61,126 nucleotides of DNA from a virus (taxonomy: Duplodnaviria > Caudoviricetes). Both the position numbers and the translations under genes were made by a program. How positions within the stretch are numbered: the stretch's first letter is position 1; each line of letters opens with the position of its first letter. Below the pieces are notes generated by a model. It searched no databases and was not told where the DNA came from. It saw only the letters and a list, made by a program, of their open reading frames with translations. The stretch covers positions 1 through 61,126 of IMG/VR virus record IMGVR_UViG_3300025305_000017, one strand, 5' to 3'. Positions 54,651 through 61,126 of the stretch are shown piece after piece.

Positions 54651-54851
54651 CTATTCCTCGTCTTCGTCTTCATCCTTTACGAGATCGAGGAGTTCACGTT
54701 CTGCGAGGGCTATGCCATCGATGCGCCCTACCATGCGCTGGTATTCGGCGTAATCCTTTGCGCCTCCCGTTGCGAGGTGATCGGCACCTTCGTTCATAAA
54801 CTCACGAAGACGCTTCTGCAACAAAGCTGCGAGATCAGGTTGGTCCATCAA
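54651..54851 (-). CDS. Conserved hypothetical protein
   Basis: G.AKD.AEY...VG.I.G motif; follows the portal gene. Confidence 0.65.
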   Translation of the reverse strand: MMDQPDLAALLQKRLREFMNEGADHLATGGAKDYAEYQRMVGRIDGIALAERELLDLVKDEDEDEE

Positions 54852-55039
54852 GACGCTGTGCGTTTGATGTTTGCCCAGTATTCTTTAGCTTGGGCTGGGT
54901 ACATCCTGTCGCCATCCAAGGTGACCAGCGGAATGACCGCAGCTTTCTTGGCTTTCTTGGCAGCCCTCTTTTGAGGTTTGTTGGCCTTAGCCGACACACC
55001 CCCTATAGAAATACTCTGCTTGATAGACTTCCTTGCCAT
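54848..55039 (-). CDS. Small basic hypothetical protein
   Basis: Overlaps the portal stop; Lys-rich. Confidence 0.5.
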   Translation of the reverse strand: MARKSIKQSISIGGVSAKANKPQKRAAKKAKKAAVIPLVTLDGDRMYPAQAKEYWANIKRTAS

Positions 55040-57504
55040 TACTCACCCTTTCCTTTGGTGTCTATGAGAGCCTTGGCGATCTCGACACCGAGACGCGCCC
55101 CTTCCATCTTTTCCTTTTCGGCAAGCTCGACGCCCTTGATTTCTCCCTCAAGAACATCTCCAGCGATCTTCGCGCCGATCTGAGCACCAACAACCCTCTC
55201 GGTGGATTCGATGCGTTCGCGCTCGCGGGCATCAGTCATGGCTGCCTTCTCAAGCTCGACATCTGCCTTGAGCTTGTCTGCCTTGGCTTTCCTCTGAACG
55301 TCCATCTCGCGGATCTCAAGCTCGCGCTGCTGCTGCTGCACGATGGGATCCTCTGCCATACGCTGTGCTTCTGCCTGACGCGCCTCAGCGATGTCCTTCT
55401 GCAAGAGCTTCTCTGACGCTTGCGCAAGCAATCCTGCGAGTTGCTTCTCAACGTCGCGCGGGAGAGGTTCTCCCTCTGGCGGGAGGGGAGCGCCGAACTG
55501 TTCTTCGATCTCGTCCCTGTAGAGGAACGCCAAGTGCTGACGGATGTGCGACTCGGCTGCCGCCTGTATGGAAGGAGCCATAGGAGACTGCCTCACAAGC
55601 GAGAGGATCTTGGGATCCTGAAGGGCCGTCATGTGGACGGTGATGTGAGCCTTCTGATCCTGATACGAGAAAGCCTTGACGGGCTTTCCATTGATGATGT
55701 TCTCGTTCTCGGTAACGGGGTCGATGGCCTTGATGTCGTCCTTGTCTGGAACGATCTTGTCGACATCCTTGAGGCCCATCGTTTCGAGCATCTGGCGGTG
55801 CAATTCAGGGAGGTCGTACATCTGAGGAGCCTGCGCAGCCAACTGTAGGGCGGCCTGATACTGCATCACCCTCTGCGCCATCGTGGTGGCGTTTGGATCG
55901 GACACCGGAATGATGTCTATGCGGTCGTCGAAGTCCTCAGCCCTGATACCGCCCACTTCGTAGTCGTAAGCCTCAGGAAGATATTCCTTTATCAATGCCG
56001 CGAGGATGGAGAACTCCTTGCGCATGGATGCGTGAAGTCTCGCCTGCACAGCAGACATCACCTTCATGCCGCGTTCTATAATCGCGAGGGTCGTTCCGAC
56101 AGGGGCTTCATTGTTCATGTCGCTGACCTTCATGTCGGCCAGCGAAGCGAAGCGCCTCCCTTCCTCCACAATGTTCCCCAGCAACTGGTAGAGAACAGAG
56201 CTAGGCTCCTTGTAGGGAAGGAAGGTTATGTTGTCCCTTATCGCGCCACCGGGAACATCCACATCCCTGAACTCTCCCGGCATGATGGGGGTTTCGTCTC
56301 CCTTGATCCTAAGCCCCCTAGACTTGAGACCGGCGGGAAGATTGGAGAGCGTCCCGGCATCCACAAGCTGACGTAGTATTGAGGTCGCAGATTTAGTCAG
56401 GCCGCCGATGCAGTGGATCAACCCGTATCCGTAAAAACCCAATGATGGCAAGTACTTATAGTGAACGAAGTGAAGCATCTTCTTTTTGAGTGGGTCGTCT
56501 TCCAGCCAATTCCTGTAGACCGACAGAACCTTCCCAGAGGACTTGTCTATAGTCACCACATAGGGCAACGCGATGCCCGTAGGCTCGCCATCCTTAGTGT
56601 CCTCGAAATCAGCGAGGTCCAAGTCGGCGTGACATTCGAGAAGAGTGAACCTGTCGTCATACTCGAAGGCGGGTCTCTCTCCCTGCAAGCTATTGTATTG
56701 CTCCTGTATCTTGGTGTAGTCGGGGGCGGGTTCCCCGAGATCGATGTCTCGATAGAAGCCAGCTACCTGAAGTTTACGCACCTCATTCTTGGTCTTCTTC
56801 ATGACATGGGTGTAGCGCGCGCAACTCATCAAATCGGCAGCCCCATAAGACACCACGAGATCCTCTGCCGGAACAAAGGCTGCGGTGGGCCTTCCCATGT
56901 CTATGTCGTAATAGATCTTCTTGAAGGCGCTACCCGCCAACGGCAACGCGAACAACATGTTCTCGTGCTCGCTGCGGTAGTCAGGCATCCCTTCGGTAAG
57001 CTGGTAGTTCATTTCCTCCTGAACGCGGAGGGCCTGCTTTTCCTTGTCGTCGTTTAGTTCTCCGAGGATCTGCGTCTTCACCGGACCCTTCGCGGGGAAC
57101 GTCTCCATGATGGACTGAGCCTGAAAACGTATCACGGCCTCAGACAGGACGGGATGGAAAACGCCGCACGCACCCGGCCAAGGGATGGTCCTCTCTTCGA
57201 TCTTGAGACCGAGGAGGTCAAGACCCTTGATGTAGGTTTCCTCCCAGTCGCTACGCGAATTTCTGTCTGCCTCGAAAGCCCCCATCAACTCAGAACGAAC
57301 ATGCGATAGTTCGTCCTCTTCGATGTGCTCCGCGAGATTGGCGTCGTGGGAAACTGCCTCGCTTGCCTCGCTCTCTGGATCGAAGTCGATGACCATGCCG
57401 CCGTCTGGCGTTTCGATGGATATGGCCTCTGGATTGACGACGGCTATCTCGATAGCTTCTTCGGTGTCCCCGCCAATTCCCTCAAGTGCCCTGTCAATCG
57501 CCAT
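55039..57504 (-). CDS. Portal protein
   Basis: PWPGACGV.HP.L.EA, LPL.GSAFKK.YYD, LRQLVDAGTLSNLP.G; follows terL. Confidence 0.9.
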   Translation of the reverse strand: MAIDRALEGIGGDTEEAIEIAVVNPEAISIETPDGGMVIDFDPESEASEAVSHDANLAEHIEEDELSHVRSELMGAFEADRNSRSDWEETYIKGLDLLGLKIEERTIPWPGACGVFHPVLSEAVIRFQAQSIMETFPAKGPVKTQILGELNDDKEKQALRVQEEMNYQLTEGMPDYRSEHENMLFALPLAGSAFKKIYYDIDMGRPTAAFVPAEDLVVSYGAADLMSCARYTHVMKKTKNEVRKLQVAGFYRDIDLGEPAPDYTKIQEQYNSLQGERPAFEYDDRFTLLECHADLDLADFEDTKDGEPTGIALPYVVTIDKSSGKVLSVYRNWLEDDPLKKKMLHFVHYKYLPSLGFYGYGLIHCIGGLTKSATSILRQLVDAGTLSNLPAGLKSRGLRIKGDETPIMPGEFRDVDVPGGAIRDNITFLPYKEPSSVLYQLLGNIVEEGRRFASLADMKVSDMNNEAPVGTTLAIIERGMKVMSAVQARLHASMRKEFSILAALIKEYLPEAYDYEVGGIRAEDFDDRIDIIPVSDPNATTMAQRVMQYQAALQLAAQAPQMYDLPELHRQMLETMGLKDVDKIVPDKDDIKAIDPVTENENIINGKPVKAFSYQDQKAHITVHMTALQDPKILSLVRQSPMAPSIQAAAESHIRQHLAFLYRDEIEEQFGAPLPPEGEPLPRDVEKQLAGLLAQASEKLLQKDIAEARQAEAQRMAEDPIVQQQQRELEIREMDVQRKAKADKLKADVELEKAAMTDARERERIESTERVVGAQIGAKIAGDVLEGEIKGVELAEKEKMEGARLGVEIAKALIDTKGKGE

Positions 57505-57513
57505 GTCGATCCT

Positions 57514-59010
57514 TTAATAAAATTCTGCGTATCTTGGGGGCATCCACTCGTCATCCTCGTCTGATGGGTTGCGGATGAAACCACCCTGCCTGAAGCGCAA
57601 CAACGCCTGCGTCGAGCTATCTACGAGGTCGTCGTGATCCCCAGAGGGGAATGACGCGAACTCTTCGATGACCTCTTCTGCCCACCGCGTGTTGGGTGCC
57701 CACACCATTCCAGAAGCGAACATGTCTGCGACGGCGTTGACGCGGGCTATCTTGTCGTTTCCCTTTGATGGAGTGAACTCTGAGACGGGTATACCCATCT
57801 GCCTCAACTCGAACACCAAGGGCATTCCAGAAGCCTTTCCCTCGACGATGAAGGCATCTGGATCTGTGTCCTTCCACATCTCGAAGGCGCGCTTCTTGAG
57901 TTCTGGAAACTCAAGCCTCTCCTTGTACGAATCGACAAGGATGATGTCCATCCTGTCTTCGTCCTCGTTGAGGAAGACGCCCCATGTAGTACACGCTGAA
58001 TAGTCTGAGCGCTCAGTCTTGAGGAATGCCGTGTCCCAAGACTGTATGACGAACTCGCAGTGTGGAGGCTTCTTTTCCTTCCACTCCTTCCACCACTCCC
58101 TTTTGACGAGAGCGCCCTCCTCAGAGGTTGGATCCTGCTGATATTGCGCGGACCACTTTGAGAGGGGCAACTCAGAGCGAAGGGCTTCAAGTTCTGTAAT
58201 GCCCCAATACTCCGGCCACAAGGGATTTCCAGAGGGCATGATGGCGGGAAGCTCTATAACCTCCCACTCGTCAGAACCCATCCTCTTGACAGAGTTGTCG
58301 ATAATCTTTCCGGTGAGGTCTCTCTTAGACCACCTCGTCATCACGACGATGATGGCACCTCCCGGCTGAAGTCTTTGGCGAGGCCCAGAGGTGTACCATT
58401 CATACACCCTATCGAAGACCTCTGGGTTGTATTGTCCCTGCGCTGCATCCTGCTCAGAGTGGGGGTCGTCGATGATAAGAATATCAGCACCCTTACCCGT
58501 GACCGCGCCGCCAACGCCGATAGCGAAGTACTCACCACCCTTGTTGGTGTTCCATCTTCCGGCAGCCTTGCTGTCCGATTGCAAACGCGAATCGGGGAAG
58601 ATGTCCTTGAACTCCTTGTCGTTGAAGAGGTTACGGACCTTCCTTCCGAAGCCCACCGCAAGCTCTGCGGTGTGAGCCGTCTGGATGACCTTTTTATGTG
58701 GATACTTCCCCAAGAACCATGCCGGTAGGAGATAAGAAGCGAACTCAGACTTGGTGTGCCTCGGAGGCATATTAACAATGAGGCGCTTTAACTTTCCCTC
58801 AGCCACCCTCTCGAAGGCATCAGCCATCGTGGCGTGGTGTTTTCCCTCTATGAAAGGGGGCCACACCGTCTTGACGAAAGTGAGAAAACTCTCGTGGCTC
58901 TTCTCTCTTGCCTGAGCACTCTCGTATTGATCGACAAGATCGAGAAGCTCGCGCTGCTCATTGAGGGGGAGCGCCGCGATCTGATCGTGCAGGGCGACGG
59001 CGGGTTGCAT
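57514..59010 (-). CDS. terL: Terminase large subunit
   Basis: NMPPRHTKSE Walker A, IIDDP Walker B, YQQ.P, SWDTA and HDDLVDS nuclease motifs. Confidence 0.95.
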   Translation of the reverse strand: MQPAVALHDQIAALPLNEQRELLDLVDQYESAQAREKSHESFLTFVKTVWPPFIEGKHHATMADAFERVAEGKLKRLIVNMPPRHTKSEFASYLLPAWFLGKYPHKKVIQTAHTAELAVGFGRKVRNLFNDKEFKDIFPDSRLQSDSKAAGRWNTNKGGEYFAIGVGGAVTGKGADILIIDDPHSEQDAAQGQYNPEVFDRVYEWYTSGPRQRLQPGGAIIVVMTRWSKRDLTGKIIDNSVKRMGSDEWEVIELPAIMPSGNPLWPEYWGITELEALRSELPLSKWSAQYQQDPTSEEGALVKREWWKEWKEKKPPHCEFVIQSWDTAFLKTERSDYSACTTWGVFLNEDEDRMDIILVDSYKERLEFPELKKRAFEMWKDTDPDAFIVEGKASGMPLVFELRQMGIPVSEFTPSKGNDKIARVNAVADMFASGMVWAPNTRWAEEVIEEFASFPSGDHDDLVDSSTQALLRFRQGGFIRNPSDEDDEWMPPRYAEFY

Positions 59011-59152
59011 TCTAGATAATTATCCCCACCGCGAGGCCGACGATGAAACCGCCGATGATGCATTTGTAGTGATCTGTGAGGTACTCGAATATTACAGCCA
59101 TGTCCAAACCTTCAAGCTAATTGCCACAATTGCCAAAACGGCGATCATCACA

Positions 59153-59728
59153 TCAAACCAAGAAATCGGCGTCATGGCTTCGGGTCCAAACCTCGTAACG
59201 GCAGCTATCCGAATGAGGTCTTTCCCACATCGCCACGGCGAGTGCCCTATCTGGGGAGCCGCCCTTCTGTAAATAATCTTCGCGCCAGTCCATGTTTGCC
59301 CAACGACTTGGGCGGTGACGCATTAATTGATCTCTTCCCTTCTTGCAGGCCCACAGTCTTTCTGGACAAACCAGAGCCATCTTCTGAACACCGATGTCGA
59401 AAGCGTGATCGATGAATGGACGGATGTACCTGAAGGGTGGGTTGGTGATAATCGTGGGCGCGAGAGTGTCGGTGTAGTCGAAGAAGTCCTGAAGCCTTGC
59501 GATGTCGGTAGCGACAACCTTGCACCCTCTCTTGGTTAGGGCGTCACTCAATATACCATCCCCCGAGCAAGGTTCCCACACCATCATAGTGGGGAGCGCC
59601 CATCGATGAACAAGTTCAGTCACCAGACTCACCGGGGTGGGGTAGTTGTCGTTTAGCTTTCTCAGTTGACCAACACTGTCGTTGCTCCGAAAAAGAGGCG
59701 GCTCCCGTGGGGTTGAGGTTCTGGGCAC
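59153..59728 (-). CDS. Orphan amino-(N6A/N4C) DNA methyltransferase
   Basis: D.YPTP, WEPCSGDG SAM motif, ITNPPF catalytic motif (start uncertain). Confidence 0.8.
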   Translation of the reverse strand: MPRTSTPREPPLFRSNDSVGQLRKLNDNYPTPVSLVTELVHRWALPTMMVWEPCSGDGILSDALTKRGCKVVATDIARLQDFFDYTDTLAPTIITNPPFRYIRPFIDHAFDIGVQKMALVCPERLWACKKGRDQLMRHRPSRWANMDWREDYLQKGGSPDRALAVAMWERPHSDSCRYEVWTRSHDADFLV

Positions 59729-59816
59729 CTTTCACCTTACGGAAGCCGCCTAGTCAGGGAGGAGTATCACAAACCGTAGCTACATCTAGCCGCAACTAAC
59801 GGGAAGTGTACAATAT

Positions 59817-60155
59817 CTACCCCTCTTGACAGGTGTCTGTCAACTGTTTGTGAAGCTCTTTTCCTAATTGAGCATATCCACAGATGTCATCCCAATGATC
59901 GGGAGTGAAGGTTCCGCACTGGATGCGCGCGATCTTATGAAGAATATTAATAATGGCGACCTCATGTGGGAGGACGTGGCAATCCTTAAACTCTCCACTC
60001 ACTTCAATAACGTGGTGTTGTTCATGCTTCATCATCAAAATATTAGTGATGAGATTGCCTGCAAGCTCTAGGGTCTCTCTGGGATCACCGTGTGTCGTCT
60101 GGCGTTTATGTAATAGATCTTCAGTCCTTTTGGCTGCTTCTTCGTTGTAGGTCAT
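59817..60155 (-). CDS. DUF6378-like protein
   Basis: R...HGD, EVA...KIAR...D.W.DI.GYA; GGAG RBS before ATG 60155. Confidence 0.7.
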   Translation of the reverse strand: MTYNEEAAKRTEDLLHKRQTTHGDPRETLELAGNLITNILMMKHEQHHVIEVSGEFKDCHVLPHEVAIINILHKIARIQCGTFTPDHWDDICGYAQLGKELHKQLTDTCQEG

Positions 60156-60273
60156 GGGACACTCCTTGAGGGCGAGGACGCCCTTTAAAAAATGGTGATT
60201 GTATTGAACGATCTTCCACCCTTGCGCCTCATAGTGCGCGCGGTGGGCTGATGGTATGTATTTGGCGAGCAAT

Positions 60274-60531
60274 CTAATGAATGGAGGTTATCTTGATGTC
60301 CACTCCCCCAACGTCGCCATTGTCTGGGTGTAGGTCTGATTCGTCAGTGGGAAGATACACCAACACCTGACATGCGCAATTTGGGCAGTGTAGGTTGGTG
60401 ACCATGAAGTAAACGATGCCGTCTTCTTCCTCGCAATCGTGATCTCCACCCCATATCAACTGTGTCTTACAATGCCAGCAATTCACGATCTCCCTCCCCT
60501 GCAACGGCTCCACATCCTGCGCCACAACCAA
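60274..60531 (-). CDS. Small zinc-binding protein
   Basis: CWHC..LIWGGDHD...TNL.CP.C...V.VYLP (start uncertain). Confidence 0.65.
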   Translation of the reverse strand: MVVAQDVEPLQGREIVNCWHCKTQLIWGGDHDCEEEDGIVYFMVTNLHCPNCACQVLVYLPTDESDLHPDNGDVGGVDIKITSIH

Positions 60532-60604
60532 CCATCCGCCATTGCAACCTTACGCGCAACCCACCTCATCAAAGATGAGTGCCACAACCAATGGCGATAC
60601 ACCC

Positions 60605-60985
60605 TCAATGGGCCATTCCAATGTTGGGAAGGATGAGATCCTGCTCCATGCCCGTACTGATAGCACACACTTCCCTAGATGGGAAAGTGACGAACAATCC
60701 CCAATTACCAGTGTTGTGGTTGCGATGGAGGGTGAGAACACTCTGGAACTCGTTCATGCCCCACCACAATGGGTCCATACCGTAGGCGGGCTTTAAATTC
60801 TTGAGGAACTGTGGGGAGTAGTCGCAGTCGATTGTGATGTACTCTGTGCCGCTCTTCGGTACCTTAGGTACCATAGGTACCCTCTTAGGTACAAGCTTTA
60901 AGTTAGTATCTAAATTAGTACAGTACCCATATAGGGGTACCAACAAGGTACCTAGAAACAGTAGTGCTGTAATTGTTCTCAACAT
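60605..60985 (-). CDS. Exported protein, similar to 16949..17317
   Basis: GAGGAG RBS, signal peptide, C...L...YG..P.W.G...TG.W......C....G. Confidence 0.6.
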   Translation of the reverse strand: MLRTITALLFLGTLLVPLYGYCTNLDTNLKLVPKRVPMVPKVPKSGTEYITIDCDYSPQFLKNLKPAYGMDPLWWGMNEFQSVLTLHRNHNTGNWGLFVTFPSREVCAISTGMEQDLILPNIGMAH

Positions 60986-61126
60986 GTGAACTCCTCGGTA
61001 CATGGTACCATTTTATTTTTAGGGGGTGCCCCCTTTGTGAAACTATCCAGAAGATAGCAAAATGGGGGGTGGGGGTCAAGTAACAGAGAAGATGTAAGAA
61101 GATAAGTATGGGGGGCGCACAGAAGG

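Noticed and set aside
1-61126. Integrase/att, tRNA genes, reverse transcriptase/DGR, stop-codon recoding
   Set aside because: None recognised by eye; genes are intact in the standard code. tRNAscan and HMM searches would be needed to exclude them formally.
61112-61126. 15-bp terminal repeat as a biological DTR
   Set aside because: More simply an assembly circularisation overlap; reads are needed to define the true termini.

Overview
The window is an apparently complete, circularly assembled ~61.1 kb dsDNA phage genome: the first 15 nt equal the last 15 nt. It is podovirus-like with large ejection proteins, and the host is probably an alphaproteobacterium (inferred). Layout: terS (-); a structured non-coding leader; an early + strand operon (MoxR-like AAA ATPase, DUF3150-like protein, zincin-vWA protein, hypotheticals); replication genes on the - strand (Twinkle/T7 gp4-like primase-helicase, RusA); recombination and accessory genes on the + strand (PD-(D/E)XK exonuclease, DUF1071/Sak3-like annealing protein, SSB, lipoproteins); and a long - strand late region (methyltransferase, terL, portal, GroES-like protein, scaffold, major capsid, tail and fibres, ejection proteins, a 4069-aa polyvalent protein, holin, endolysin). 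I recognised no DNA polymerase, RNA polymerase, integrase, tRNA or CRISPR array. Highlights: (1) two 50-nt type III hammerhead ribozymes with variant cores sit in 5' UTRs of the AAA/vWA operon, together with a ~255-nt rod-like RNA and repeated hairpin elements, suggesting an RNA-processed operon; (2) the 4069-aa protein is a string of cargo domains separated by a recurring K-x-[AS]-R linker, and includes a CmoA-like SAM enzyme and an ArfA-like peptide. All family calls come from motif recognition by eye, not database searches.
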